This document shows positions 1-10,063 of a stretch of 64,000 nucleotides of DNA, piece after piece (the stretch's first letter is position 1; every line of letters begins with the position of its first letter). Source of the stretch: a virus; IMG/VR virus record IMGVR_UViG_3300010371_000001, positions 1-64,000 of that record; one strand, 5' to 3'. A program made the translations under genes and the position numbers. The notes under the pieces were generated by a model. The model worked only from the letters and a program-made list of their open reading frames with translations, had not been told where the DNA came from and did not search any database.

Positions 1-66
1 CGGAGCCACGCGCCACGCGGCATGCACCCGCCACGCCACGACAACCTCACCGAAAGAGGTGGCGTG

Positions 67-792
67 ATGTCTGGATTGAATCGATTTTTCCGCTGGTTCC
101 AGCCAGATAAACCGGAGCAGCCATCCCAGGCGCACATCGTATGGAGCAATGTGCCGCCGCCGCCGATAGAGTCGGTGCATCTGCCATTGCCCGCGCCGTA
201 TAGCATCCTGGATGAGGCTGAGGCCATCGCCGCCGATGCCTACCGGCGCGCATGGGGCAAGCCCGCGCCCGCGCCGCTGGCGAAGACACAGCCCCTCGTG
301 CAACGCGCCGATGCACATCATGCGGATGCCCTGCGCGCCGCTGTGGCAGGTCGTGGTCCCGCCGCCGATACCAGCATCATTTTCATGGCAGACCGCCTCC
401 CGCTCATGGTGGAGCCGTATCCCAATGAGGTCTGGCTCAGGGCGGCAAGGGTCAGCATCCAAAACGCCCTTGCCGCCATGCCAGCCCAGCAGCGCGAGCG
501 GTTCCGCCGCATCCGTGCCACGGCGTTGGCGACGCCCGACATCCTCAGTGTGGAAATGAGCGTGGCCTATCCGATGTCCTGGGGCAGCGAAAAGGTGCTG
601 CGTTCCAACCTGGTGCCTCACCTGGCGGGCGTGGCGGTGATGACGCTGGATCTGCCCCCGTCGCTGATTGCTGAGTGTGACACTGATAAAGATGCGACGA
701 ACCTGTTCACAGCGATGGGTGAAACCGGCTGGTGGTCGGTGTGCATCCGAGTGGATGGCGACGGCGATGATGGCGAAAGGATGGCCGCATGA
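67..792 (+). CDS. hypothetical phage protein
   Basis: ORF with AAAGAGGT RBS upstream of ATG 67; stop overlaps next start (ATGA). Confidence 0.7.
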   Translation: MSGLNRFFRWFQPDKPEQPSQAHIVWSNVPPPPIESVHLPLPAPYSILDEAEAIAADAYRRAWGKPAPAPLAKTQPLVQRADAHHADALRAAVAGRGPAADTSIIFMADRLPLMVEPYPNEVWLRAARVSIQNALAAMPAQQRERFRRIRATALATPDILSVEMSVAYPMSWGSEKVLRSNLVPHLAGVAVMTLDLPPSLIAECDTDKDATNLFTAMGETGWWSVCIRVDGDGDDGERMAA

Positions 793-989
793 AACGTAGC
801 ACACCGCGCATCTGCGGCGTCGGCTTCGATGCCATTCAGCGTGCCGACGGCAATTGGATCATCGTCGTGCCGTTCACCACGCGCCGTGTCTCGGTACACG
901 TCTATCCCGGTACAGAGATCCAGGCAGAACTGGACACGTGGAACGCGCTGTACATGGCAGGGCGCGCGTGGGGCGAGGTGGCGGCATGA
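789..989 (+). CDS. hypothetical protein
   Basis: Coupled by ATGA overlaps at both ends. Confidence 0.6.
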   Translation: MKRSTPRICGVGFDAIQRADGNWIIVVPFTTRRVSVHVYPGTEIQAELDTWNALYMAGRAWGEVAA

Positions 990-1105
990 CGTATCTCATC
1001 CCCATCGCCGCCATCGCCGCCGCCCTGCTGGCGACCGCCCGGGCCATCGTGGCGACGCTGGCCCGGGCCAGCGCAGAGCCGGATAACCTGACGAAATATC
1101 ACTAA
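986..1105 (+). CDS. small hydrophobic peptide
   Basis: GAGGTGG RBS, ATGA overlap, MTYLIPIAAIAAALLA... Confidence 0.45.
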   Translation: MTYLIPIAAIAAALLATARAIVATLARASAEPDNLTKYH

Positions 1106-1134
1106 CGCAAACAGAACGAGAGAGGGAAACCATC

Positions 1135-1899
1135 ATGTTGACCCAAGAGCGCAAAGACCAACTGGAATCAGCCTATCAGGCGAATATCACCGCTGGACGC
1201 GCGCCCTATGCGGGCGTGATCATCCGCAATACCGAAGAATTGACATGGATTTACAATCAGCGGAATTGGTCGTCTCGCTTTTGGTTTGAAAGCGATAAAT
1301 CGCGGCCCGATCTGTCACGCGCCAATCTGTCACGCGCCAATCTGTCAGACGCCGATCTGTCAGACGCCGATCTGTCACGCGCCGATCTGTCACGCGCCGA
1401 TCTGTCACGCGCCAATCTGTCAGACGCCGATCTGTCAGACGCCGATCTGTCAGACGCCGATCTGTCACGCGCCGATCTGTCAGACGCCGATCTGTCACGC
1501 GCCGATCTGAGTGCGATCAAATCCGATATCTATGACATCGTGGATCTGGTTCCGCTCGATTTACCCTACATGGTTGCGGCGCTGAAAGCGGGGACCGTGG
1601 ACGGCTCAACGTATCGCTCAGATTGTAATCAGGGATGCCTCGTGGGGACATTGGAGATCAGCGCGAAGCGACGGATCGCCAGCAACCCTGACCTGGACAT
1701 GCCCCACATTCCCCACAATTCATCCCGCCCCGCCGAACGCTGGTTTCTTGCCATACGGCCTGGCATGACGCCAGAGAATAGTCAGATTGTTGCTTGGACG
1801 GTGCAGATCCTAGAAGAGCGTCTGGCGTTCTATGATCGCATTGCCGCCATCTGGTCTAAACCAGCGACTGCGGCGGCGGTGGAGTCCGTCACGGAATAA
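1135..1899 (+). CDS. pentapeptide repeat protein
   Basis: 14 A(D/N)LS(R/D)-type repeats; C-terminal GTVDGSTY..CLVGTL..SSRPAERWFLAI domain; GAGAGGG RBS. Confidence 0.9.
   Translation: MLTQERKDQLESAYQANITAGRAPYAGVIIRNTEELTWIYNQRNWSSRFWFESDKSRPDLSRANLSRANLSDADLSDADLSRADLSRADLSRANLSDADLSDADLSDADLSRADLSDADLSRADLSAIKSDIYDIVDLVPLDLPYMVAALKAGTVDGSTYRSDCNQGCLVGTLEISAKRRIASNPDLDMPHIPHNSSRPAERWFLAIRPGMTPENSQIVAWTVQILEERLAFYDRIAAIWSKPATAAAVESVTE
1306..1515 (+). repeat. 15-bp tandem repeat (GCC[A/G]ATCTGTCA[CGC/GAC]), ~14 units
   Basis: Directly visible; encodes the pentapeptide array. Confidence 0.95.
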
Positions 1900-1910
1900 C
1901 ACATTAACTG

Positions 1911-1932
1911 GCTGGCGGTCATAGCCGCCAGC
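1911..1932 (+). terminator. GC-rich hairpin after pentapeptide gene (possible terminator)
   Basis: GCTGGCGG-tcatag-CCGCCAGC; no U-tract. Confidence 0.35.
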
Positions 1933-1961
1933 ATCACATGAATGAAATGGAGAGAACGGAT

Positions 1962-2645
1962 ATGCAACCGAGAAGTGAAGATGTCCAGACCATTGACATC
2001 GCCTCTCTGCGCGCCTATGCGCCCGATGCTGACCTGAGCGAGGCAGCGCTAGACGACCATGCCACGCGCCCGATGCCGGTGGCTGGGCCAGTGCCGCCAC
2101 GCCCGCTGTCGCAAGGCTTATCGCCAGCGGATAGCTGCTATAACGATGCTCTTGACCCATCGCCCGATGAATCGGCGTATAGCGGCTCATTGCCCCACCG
2201 CGTGACGCAATGGACGCGGCGCGAGGGCAACATCCAAGGCTACGCCATCATCATCTCACTTATCAGTGTAGCAATCCTGGTCACGCTGGGGGCGGTCGCC
2301 ATTGCCGCGAAAGTGCCGCCGCCCGCCGCTACGCAATCCTGGCTGGCCACCGAAAACAACGGCACGGTGGACTTCCTGACGGGCATCCCCAGCGCCGATG
2401 GCACGTTCACCGGCCAATGGCTCTCCGTTGCGCCAGGCCAGCAACAACCCACGGTAGCGGCCATATCTGGCACCGTGCAAGGCGGCGTCGTCACCATCAA
2501 ATATCGCGACAATGTGCTGGTCAACATCCGAGGTCGTATGACTGGCGCAGGCAGATATGCACGCATCGTGTTCAGCTTCGCAACATTCGGCGCATCAGAC
2601 TGGAACGGATATAAAAACGCCCTGCTGAATCGAGGTGGACACTAA
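1962..2645 (+). CDS. single-pass membrane protein
   Basis: TM segment YAIIISLISVAILVTLGAVAIAA followed by beta-rich domain. Confidence 0.7.
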   Translation: MQPRSEDVQTIDIASLRAYAPDADLSEAALDDHATRPMPVAGPVPPRPLSQGLSPADSCYNDALDPSPDESAYSGSLPHRVTQWTRREGNIQGYAIIISLISVAILVTLGAVAIAAKVPPPAATQSWLATENNGTVDFLTGIPSADGTFTGQWLSVAPGQQQPTVAAISGTVQGGVVTIKYRDNVLVNIRGRMTGAGRYARIVFSFATFGASDWNGYKNALLNRGGH

Positions 2646-2890
2646 TGCTGACACTCTATGCCGCCCTGCGCTGGGCATCTGTCGCCATCAAAGCCACGAT
2701 GGCGGTGCTAGGCGCGGTGGTAGCCCTGGCACTCTGGTCCAGCAATGCGGGCGATGCGCTCATCCTGCTGGCACTGGTGGGCATTGCAGTGGCATGGGAT
2801 AGCGAGCATGCCAGCGACCGGACGTATGCATTCGTGGCACGACAGCGGGCGGTGCGGGCCATGCGGCGTCCGGTACGACGATATCCGTAA
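2645..2890 (+). CDS. small two-TM membrane protein
   Basis: Two hydrophobic helices; TAATG overlap. Confidence 0.6.
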   Translation: MLTLYAALRWASVAIKATMAVLGAVVALALWSSNAGDALILLALVGIAVAWDSEHASDRTYAFVARQRAVRAMRRPVRRYP

Positions 2891-2960
2891 GTGGATTCGT
2901 AGGAAGAACCTTGAATTCTCCGTACCAATCTCTTGGGTAATTTCAGAAAGGGGACACAGG

Positions 2961-3215
2961 ATGAAAGAACTGGATGAGCCTTGGGTGCATCGCTGTGTAC
3001 AATGCCGCAAAGAAGTGAAGCGGTTCGCGGTTGGCGGTATTTGGGGCGTTGGGTGGTGCTATGCATGCTATCGGCTCTCTGAGAAAAAACAGACGGCATA
3101 TGTTCGTGCATGGCTCCAACATGGTCGCCCAGATGATTTTCCTGAGACCTATGATCGTGCATTTGCTCAGGGCGGCATCCCGAAAGAGTTGGAAGTGCAT
3201 ACTTTATGCCGATGA
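2961..3215 (+). CDS. small Zn-finger protein
   Basis: CVQC...CYAC; AAGGGG RBS. Confidence 0.55.
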   Translation: MKELDEPWVHRCVQCRKEVKRFAVGGIWGVGWCYACYRLSEKKQTAYVRAWLQHGRPDDFPETYDRAFAQGGIPKELEVHTLCR

Positions 3216-3261
3216 GTACATACCCTCTCGCTACGCTCAGGGGGGGCATAGGAGGAAAACG

Positions 3262-3540
3262 ATGGCCAATGACGAAACAATAGCGCATCGCGAATGGCAT
3301 ACAACCGCATTAGTGCGTATCACGACAGCGTGCGGGGCCGCGTCTGTTGATCCGTATCGTATTCGTGATTTCCGTGTCGGGGAAGAAATCGTGATGCACC
3401 AATGGGGCCGTAAAGGGAGGGTAGTTATACGCGATGATTGGTGGACCAGCTTTGATATTGACGGCGCGTTCATCATTCCCGCTGAAAACGTTGAGGTGAT
3501 CAACGTCATTGATGAAGTTACGCCAATTCCCCAAGCGTAG
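3262..3540 (+). CDS. hypothetical protein
   Basis: AGGAGG RBS. Confidence 0.6.
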   Translation: MANDETIAHREWHTTALVRITTACGAASVDPYRIRDFRVGEEIVMHQWGRKGRVVIRDDWWTSFDIDGAFIIPAENVEVINVIDEVTPIPQA

Positions 3541-3621
3541 GGGGGCATAGCAATTATCGGTTTGCAACATCATCGTCGCCCTAACTATCGCTAAGGGCGG
3601 TGAAGCGATAACAACGGAGGA

Positions 3622-3867
3622 ATGGGCATGGCAACTAACCAGACAAAACAAGCTCTTTTCGCGCAAGCAACACAGCATACTAGCCAGGCTATTGCAGAAC
3701 TCTATGCATTGCGCGGACTCCTCGATAGTTCGCCTGCTGCGTTCAAAATTGAGGATGCTCTAGGCAACATACGAGTGGCCCATAGCTGGCTCATGTCAAT
3801 GGAGGCCCATTTCGCGGAATCGGTTCAAGCGGATGAGGAAGAGACGCAACCATGCAGCAATCCCTAG
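3622..3867 (+). CDS. hypothetical protein
   Basis: GGAGG RBS. Confidence 0.55.
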   Translation: MGMATNQTKQALFAQATQHTSQAIAELYALRGLLDSSPAAFKIEDALGNIRVAHSWLMSMEAHFAESVQADEEETQPCSNP

Positions 3868-4010
3868 ACCTACCCAGCGACCGCCCGGCCATCCTGGGCA
3901 TCATCGCGGCGGCGGTCCTGGCGGCGCTCATCATCTGTCTGTGGCTCGCTGGGCATGGGGCATTCGCGCCGGGGCTGTGGGCGCAAGAAGCACTCTGAGG
4001 GGGGATCATC

Positions 4011-4361
4011 GTGAGCGCAGTGGAATTGCAAGACTCTCTTGCTAGATATCAAGCCCGTTTGGCAGAATTGCCACGCGAGATTGAACGGGCGAAATGGAAT
4101 ATCGTGTCGCTGTCTGGCGAGTTAGGGCAATTTGAGCGCCATATTCGTGCCAATCAGTCGCTAGCCCGCGCTCAACAAAGCGTCCGCAAATCAATTCGTT
4201 TGGTGCGGCCCGATGATCCCTATGATCGTATGCAAACGGCATGGCGCGAACTTTTTGACAAAGCCGATGCGCTATCGGATGCACTCAGGATATTACGCAA
4301 CCTTCTTGCTGAGAAAAAAGAGAACGCAACACGTCATCGCGTATACCGAGGCATTCTATAG
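4011..4361 (+). CDS. coiled-coil hypothetical protein
   Basis: GAGGGGG RBS, GTG start, helical heptads. Confidence 0.55.
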   Translation: MSAVELQDSLARYQARLAELPREIERAKWNIVSLSGELGQFERHIRANQSLARAQQSVRKSIRLVRPDDPYDRMQTAWRELFDKADALSDALRILRNLLAEKKENATRHRVYRGIL

Positions 4362-4406
4362 GGAAATCTTTGGCGAACAATCAACAGAATCAGAGGGGGC
4401 ATAATC

Positions 4407-4637
4407 ATGCAGCAAGCAATCACCGCTGTCTATCCGGCCATCACCGCACAGCATGCATCGCCGCCGGTCCCGGCCATCTGCCCGCGCTGTGGGGTCGTCT
4501 GGCGGGCGCAAGAGACGCCGATTGAGCAGACGTGGGAGAATGCCCTGATCATGCTGACGGTCGCTGTGCTGGCGCTCACAGCGGGCATGGTGGCGGCGCA
4601 TTGGATTGCAGCGAGCGGGGTGTTGGCATGGCTGTGA
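4407..4637 (+). CDS. small membrane protein with CxxC
   Basis: CPRCG motif plus C-terminal TM helix. Confidence 0.55.
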   Translation: MQQAITAVYPAITAQHASPPVPAICPRCGVVWRAQETPIEQTWENALIMLTVAVLALTAGMVAAHWIAASGVLAWL

Positions 4638-4993
4638 GAGCGGTCGTCACGCCGCTGGATTATCGCCGCATGGTGGATGCCCAGGAAAGCGAGAAAGCCT
4701 TTCAGGCACGTGTGCTGGAACTGGCGGCGGTAACAGGCTGGCATAGTTATCATACGTATGATTCGCGCCGTAGCCAGGCGGGCTATCCCGATCTGACGCT
4801 GGTACGAGGAACGCGGTTGATTTTCGTGGAACTGAAAACACAGCGCGGGCGCATGTCCCCAGCACAGAGGGCGTGGCGCGAGGTGTTGCTGGCGACGGGC
4901 AAAGTGGAATATTATTGCTGGCGACCGGCTGATTGGCCAGAAATTGAGCAAGTGTTGGCACCGGAGAGAGTGCGAAGGGGGAGAGCGGCATAG
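4628..4993 (+). CDS. VRR-NUC domain (PD-(D/E)xK) nuclease
   Basis: SEKAFQ...GYPDL...IFVELK..RGRMSPAQRAW...WRP signature. Confidence 0.9.
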   Translation: MAVRAVVTPLDYRRMVDAQESEKAFQARVLELAAVTGWHSYHTYDSRRSQAGYPDLTLVRGTRLIFVELKTQRGRMSPAQRAWREVLLATGKVEYYCWRPADWPEIEQVLAPERVRRGRAA

Positions 4994-5287
4994 ATGGAAG
5001 AAACGAACACGCCAACGACAAAACCTTATCCGCCTGATATGTCAGGCATAGGTAAACCCAAGTACGGAACGTTCGTGCAAGAGGCAACAGCGGCCATCAA
5101 GACACATGACCGTGCCACACTGAAAGCAGTGTTTCGGCGGTTTCACGTCACGTGGATGGCACGAGAGCAAGCGACACGGAACCCCATAAAGCAAGCCGAC
5201 GATCTAGAGGATGCATTAGACGCCTTAGGAGTTGTTTTCGGCAGCCTATTAGATGAATGGGACGAGGGGGCATCCAATGGAAATTGA
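4994..5287 (+). CDS. hypothetical protein
   Basis: ORF abutting upstream gene. Confidence 0.55.
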   Translation: MEETNTPTTKPYPPDMSGIGKPKYGTFVQEATAAIKTHDRATLKAVFRRFHVTWMAREQATRNPIKQADDLEDALDALGVVFGSLLDEWDEGASNGN

Positions 5288-6416
5288 ACTAATCCACATT
5301 CAGGCAGAGCATACCATGAGTCCGCGCGGCAAAGTCAACAGCAAACATGTTGATGAATTTGTCGAAATGGCGGGCGAATGGCCGCCGATCCTAGTGCGGC
5401 CTATTCAGCATGAATGGTATACCCATCAACTCATTGACGGATTCCATCGCTTTGACGCCGCCCAACGCCTCAATTACGACATGATTGATGCGCACGTGGA
5501 GGAGATGGATGACGCGACGGCACTGGCGCGGGCGCTCAGAGAAAACTTGCACGGGTTACCTATGACGCAAGAGGAACGACAAGCGCGCGTAGTGCAACTA
5601 ATGAAAGAATTCGGGTGGAAACTAGGACAGATTATCCTTGAAACGGGCATCAAGCTTCGTCAGGCAGAGCGATATATTCAGGCAGTACAGGTAGATGATG
5701 CAATTGCGTCCTCAGGACGCAATTCGCCAGAGCCACCACCACAACTAACTATTCATCAAAAAGCGGCACTCGCCCCACTGGTTACGCCGCCTGAAAAGAC
5801 CGGCCCCAAGCCCAAAGCGCCGCAAGGCCCGCAACTCATGCCTGTGCCAGCCGCTACGCCTAAGCCTGATCCCAAGGCAACACAGCGCGCAACGGCACAA
5901 GCCGCACTCCCGGCTGTTGCCAAGATTGTTGAGAAGGAAAAAGATACCAAGGTCATTCGCGCCATCTCGGATGCGGTTTTAGACGCCCCTGAGCATGCAG
6001 AGGACATCGCGCAAAAGGCCATTGGCGATAATCTAGCACCTGATGCCATCCGCCACATGGGCAAGGTGCTTGCCAGCCCTGAGACCCCGCCAGAATTGGC
6101 AGAAGACATCAAACGGCCTGGCACCATGATTCGAGATGTGGCGGGCAACATGGCGGCATCAGAGCCGCAACGCATGGTAGCGACCGCATTCAAGCAGCAA
6201 CCAGAGATCATCGCAGAGCCATTCACCTCATATCTTGTGGCGCTAAACGGCTTTTTGAAGGTGGATGATGCTATTTTAGCAGCATGGCTGGAAACGGCTG
6301 ATCATAAACAAATGGCGCTTTGCGAAGGCATTTTTGCCTCCGTTGAGGGGTTCTTCACTCACGTTCGTGAGTGCATCAAAAACCAGCGGCGCGACTCGTT
6401 GCGCCTACTTTCGTAG
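5277..6416 (+). CDS. ParB/Srx-like N-terminal domain protein
   Basis: PPILVR...LIDGFHRFDAA...ALRENL..HG motif, HTH-like segment, Pro-rich linker. Confidence 0.85.
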   Translation: MEIELIHIQAEHTMSPRGKVNSKHVDEFVEMAGEWPPILVRPIQHEWYTHQLIDGFHRFDAAQRLNYDMIDAHVEEMDDATALARALRENLHGLPMTQEERQARVVQLMKEFGWKLGQIILETGIKLRQAERYIQAVQVDDAIASSGRNSPEPPPQLTIHQKAALAPLVTPPEKTGPKPKAPQGPQLMPVPAATPKPDPKATQRATAQAALPAVAKIVEKEKDTKVIRAISDAVLDAPEHAEDIAQKAIGDNLAPDAIRHMGKVLASPETPPELAEDIKRPGTMIRDVAGNMAASEPQRMVATAFKQQPEIIAEPFTSYLVALNGFLKVDDAILAAWLETADHKQMALCEGIFASVEGFFTHVRECIKNQRRDSLRLLS

Positions 6417-6431
6417 TGAGGTGAGGTTGGT

Positions 6432-6980
6432 ATGGGTAAAGCATCAAACCACACGCATAAAGCAGATGTGGTGATTCAAGAGGCGTTAAAACACCTTGGT
6501 CTGATCGCCGATGGTGTTGATGCCATTTACGACAAGATTGTCGCAATGGGAAACCTTGCTGCAATTCGCACAGCATTCTCAGAGCAAGCATCCGCGCGAT
6601 TAATTCGGGGACAGGATGTATGTGAAACGCCATGCAAGTTTCACTTGAAGCAGTATATCCGCACCCGCCTACAGAACATCATGGGCGCGAATAGGAAGCG
6701 CGCCATTCTCAACACGGGCGGTAAAAAGGCCACACGTTTCTATGTCTGGCTTGAGGCCATGCACTATGAGGTGAAACGTGAAAATGGACTGATAAGCAAA
6801 GAAATGGCCTACAACAGCATTCAAGCCATTACTCAGTACCGCAAGAATCAAGGTGGACGGATGAATGCAGCGTATGAAGCGCTATATGCATTTATGGAGC
6901 AAATGCAGGATAGTTCAATTGCTGCCAGCCGCCCCAAGGTCTATGACGAATTCCAAGATCGTCTCTTTGACGCTGCTTAA
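6432..6980 (+). CDS. hypothetical protein downstream of ParB-like gene
   Basis: GAGGTGAGG RBS, 182 aa. Confidence 0.7.
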   Translation: MGKASNHTHKADVVIQEALKHLGLIADGVDAIYDKIVAMGNLAAIRTAFSEQASARLIRGQDVCETPCKFHLKQYIRTRLQNIMGANRKRAILNTGGKKATRFYVWLEAMHYEVKRENGLISKEMAYNSIQAITQYRKNQGGRMNAAYEALYAFMEQMQDSSIAASRPKVYDEFQDRLFDAA

Positions 6981-6989
6981 GGAGGCCGC

Positions 6990-7208
6990 ATGATGGCAAA
7001 TAACAGCGATTGGCATGATGTCCCGAACGGCATACAGGCCACATGTCAGGTGCCGGAATGTACGCACCATGCAGCAAAACAAAAGCTGCTGTATAGCCGA
7101 CCACGACTGGGATATTATCTTTGTGACCTGCATTACAATCGCTTGCTGAGCAACCGTGTACTGCCTACTGGCGAACCTATGCGTTCCGCGCAAGAGGGGG
7201 TGGCTTAA
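6990..7208 (+). CDS. small Zn-binding protein
   Basis: CQVPEC...LCDLH; AAGGAGG RBS. Confidence 0.6.
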   Translation: MMANNSDWHDVPNGIQATCQVPECTHHAAKQKLLYSRPRLGYYLCDLHYNRLLSNRVLPTGEPMRSAQEGVA

Positions 7209-7394
7209 GTGAAAGACAAGGAACCACCACCGCTACCTATTGACCATCAATTTCGACGGCCACCAGCGCGACCGGATGATTTTCGGGAATCAAGCAAGAA
7301 GAGCAACACAACTACCGCCCTGGTATTCGTCTTCATTACTTTGGCGCTGCTCATGCTTGCATTCAGCATCTTTGTATTAAGGGGGCAGATATGA
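7209..7394 (+). CDS. small membrane protein
   Basis: C-terminal TM helix. Confidence 0.5.
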   Translation: MKDKEPPPLPIDHQFRRPPARPDDFRESSKKSNTTTALVFVFITLALLMLAFSIFVLRGQI

Positions 7395-7978
7395 CCTGTA
7401 TCGTAGGCTTGACACATGCCGGTGGCGTGACGTTGGGAGCGGACAGCCAGGTTACTACTGGCTGGGTACACGCGCCGCTGGCTGATTCACAGGGCAAGAT
7501 CTTTCGCGTGGGGAAGATGCTGATTGGCGGTACAGGGACGTTGCGCCAATTGCAATTGGCGCAATATGCCTTGGCACTTCCTGAACATCCATCGGATATG
7601 GCGTGCATGACCTATCTCGTCACGCGCTTTGTGGACGCCATGCGTGATTGTCTCAAAAACGGTGGCCATGCCACCAAAGATAAAGACCAGGAAAGCACCC
7701 CAGGTGCTTTGCTGATAGCCTATTATGGTCGGCTGTTTAATCTCGCCTCTGACTATGCCGTCCAAGAAACTGCCGACTCCTACTATGCCGTCGGCTCAGG
7801 TCAAGAGGTGGCTCTAGGTTCGCTGCACACCAGCGCCCGCATGGGGGAACTGTTGTCGCCAGAGAAGCGCGTCACCTGGGCATTGGAAGCAGCGGCGACG
7901 TTCAGCAATGGCGTGGGCGGGCCATTCGTGATTGAGACACTGGCGAATGAAGCTGCTAAAGAGAGTGAGGCCGCATGA
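7391..7978 (+). CDS. HslV/proteasome beta-like Ntn threonine peptidase
   Basis: M-T-CIVG..GADSQ...KIF...AVGSG..ALGSL...ALEAA. Confidence 0.85.
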   Translation: MTCIVGLTHAGGVTLGADSQVTTGWVHAPLADSQGKIFRVGKMLIGGTGTLRQLQLAQYALALPEHPSDMACMTYLVTRFVDAMRDCLKNGGHATKDKDQESTPGALLIAYYGRLFNLASDYAVQETADSYYAVGSGQEVALGSLHTSARMGELLSPEKRVTWALEAAATFSNGVGGPFVIETLANEAAKESEAA

Positions 7979-8178
7979 TGGCGAAACAGACGGCGAAGAG
8001 TCGCGCGGCGCAGGGGAAAGCGCCGCAGACGCGCAAGGTAAAGACAACACCATACACCGCAGAGGCATGTGCCATTGCATCGCTGAACGCGCCCATCACG
8101 CTGCGCACGGTAAAACTGGCGCACTTGCTGGCGCGCATCACCGCCGAACACATCACCACTCTGCCAAAGGCCAGCTAA
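7975..8178 (+). CDS. small basic protein
   Basis: Coupled by GAGGCCGCATGA overlap. Confidence 0.5.
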   Translation: MMAKQTAKSRAAQGKAPQTRKVKTTPYTAEACAIASLNAPITLRTVKLAHLLARITAEHITTLPKAS

Positions 8179-8180
8179 CG

Positions 8181-9836
8181 ATGAAACCACAGAAGCAGGA
8201 TCTCCTGCATTTTCAGGGCGTGCCGCCACCAGGGGACGGGGCGCGCGTCGCCACCTACCGGCGGTATAGCTCCGGAAAGCAGAAGGCCACCACGTTGCAG
8301 AAGCAGCAAGATAGCATTGAAGAATCGCTCGATGAACTGCATCCAACGTGGCGCATCCTGCCTGACGGCGAATACGCCGATCCGAAAAAGACGGCGCGCG
8401 ATGACACATTCGAGAATCGCCCCGGCTTACAGCAACTCATTGCCGACGCTCAGGCGGGGAAATTTGACGTCGTGATTGTCGAGTCTGTGGATCGGTGGTC
8501 GCGTTCATCGGCGGTGACGTGGAACACACTGGCCATCCTACATGCGTGTGGCGTCTACTGGATGACCACTGACGGCTTCGATAGCGTCACTATCCGGCAG
8601 GAAGGCACGTCGGCATCATTCGCCCACGCCGCAGAGGCAGCGGCCCAGGTGTCGCGCACGATCAGCAAGAAGGTGGTCAGGGGCAAGCGCACGCGCACGA
8701 AACAGGGCTATCATGGCAGCCACGCACCCTTTGGTTATCAGCGTGGCGAACTGGATGAGAATAACCGGCGCAACTATGAGCCGCACCCGGATCTCTTTCC
8801 GGCGCTGGCCATCATCCGTGATATGAGCATCGCAGGGCAAACGGATCAGGACATCGCCAGCGAGTTGAACCGTCAAGGGTACTACGCGCCGCCAACGGAC
8901 CAGGGCCAGCGTGTGAAGGGGTTGCATGATGAGTCAGTGCAGCACATGGATAAGCGACCGATTACCGCGCGTCTCATTGTCGGCACCCGGCACAATCGCT
9001 TCTATGTACGCTTCCAACCTGATAGCGACCGGGGTATCACCTGGACAAAGCGCGAGGGCGTGGAACGTGAGGGACGCCACGTGGCGGCATGGACGCAAGA
9101 GGAATGGGCGGCGATGCAAGCGGCAAAGCGACCGATGCAGAATCGCCCAAACGCCACGCCGCGCGCCCGGCGCACCTGGCCGTTCGGCGGCATCATGATT
9201 TGCCAGCAATGCGGACTGGTGATGCAGTGCGCCGCACATAAACGCTACAAAGAGCGGGGCGACCTTCTCTGCTACTATCAATGCCGCCGAACAAGCGCAT
9301 GCCGTCCGCAATCCGTCCGGGCTGAATACCTGGAAGATGCATTCGGCGCGCTCTTGGAACATCTGGATGATGCAGGATGGCGCGAGACACTGACGGCACT
9401 GGTACAGCAAGACGTGGAACCACCGCCTGACCACGCCGCCGAACGCGAGCGGCTAGAGACGGCCATCCGGCGCGAGAATATCAAACTTGATGCGGGCGGC
9501 ATCACAGAAGCAGAGTACAAGCGCAATGTGAAGCGGCTACGCGCGGATCTCGCTCGCGTCCCTATACCGCGCGCCAATCCGGTGCAAGAGCGCCAGCACC
9601 AGGCCGCAGAGACGATGGCAACCATCGCAAAATGCTGGCAAGCCGCGCCACTCACCGATAAGCGCGAGATGACGACCCTACTCCTGCAACAACCCGGTGC
9701 GGTGTACGACCGGCGCGATAAGCGCATCGTTGCGGTGCGACCGCATGATGAATTCGCGCTGGTGTTTCAGGCGGCACTCGGATGGGAAATGCGGGATAGT
9801 TGGCTCTGGCATCCAGCACAAAGGGAGGTCGCATGA
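8181..9836 (+). CDS. large serine recombinase (integrase-like)
   Basis: YRRYSS catalytic motif, RPGLQQL, DRWSR, PFGY recombinase domain, CQQCG..YYQC..C Zn ribbon, coiled coil. Confidence 0.92.
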   Translation: MKPQKQDLLHFQGVPPPGDGARVATYRRYSSGKQKATTLQKQQDSIEESLDELHPTWRILPDGEYADPKKTARDDTFENRPGLQQLIADAQAGKFDVVIVESVDRWSRSSAVTWNTLAILHACGVYWMTTDGFDSVTIRQEGTSASFAHAAEAAAQVSRTISKKVVRGKRTRTKQGYHGSHAPFGYQRGELDENNRRNYEPHPDLFPALAIIRDMSIAGQTDQDIASELNRQGYYAPPTDQGQRVKGLHDESVQHMDKRPITARLIVGTRHNRFYVRFQPDSDRGITWTKREGVEREGRHVAAWTQEEWAAMQAAKRPMQNRPNATPRARRTWPFGGIMICQQCGLVMQCAAHKRYKERGDLLCYYQCRRTSACRPQSVRAEYLEDAFGALLEHLDDAGWRETLTALVQQDVEPPPDHAAERERLETAIRRENIKLDAGGITEAEYKRNVKRLRADLARVPIPRANPVQERQHQAAETMATIAKCWQAAPLTDKREMTTLLLQQPGAVYDRRDKRIVAVRPHDEFALVFQAALGWEMRDSWLWHPAQREVA

Positions 9837-9841
9837 TGTTA

Positions 9842-10063
9842 TTATTCGTTTTGAGACGGTTTGCTGCGCAGTCGTTCGCCTTCTGCAATCAACTTCTGAA
9901 CCTCGTCAGGATCGAAGTCCAAACGACCGCGCTTGCTATTCCATGGCGATTTTTCCGGGGCGGTCAGCCTGCCTTCTGCAATCAGACGATACAAGGTTGG
10001 TCTCGTAATGCCCAGCAAACGCATAACCTCTTGCGAGGACACGCGCTGTTTCTCTTCCACCAT
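9842..10063 (-). CDS. excisionase/MerR-like HTH (possible directionality factor or repressor)
   Basis: SQEVMRLLGITRPTLYRLIAEGRL; GAGAGGG RBS; convergent with recombinase. Confidence 0.85.
   Translation of the reverse strand: MVEEKQRVSSQEVMRLLGITRPTLYRLIAEGRLTAPEKSPWNSKRGRLDFDPDEVQKLIAEGERLRSKPSQNE

Noticed and set aside
1220-1520. Repetitive ORFs in other frames (TDRR, SARDR, PICH repeats)
   Set aside because: Shadows of the 15-bp pentapeptide repeat; not a CRISPR array (no spacers)
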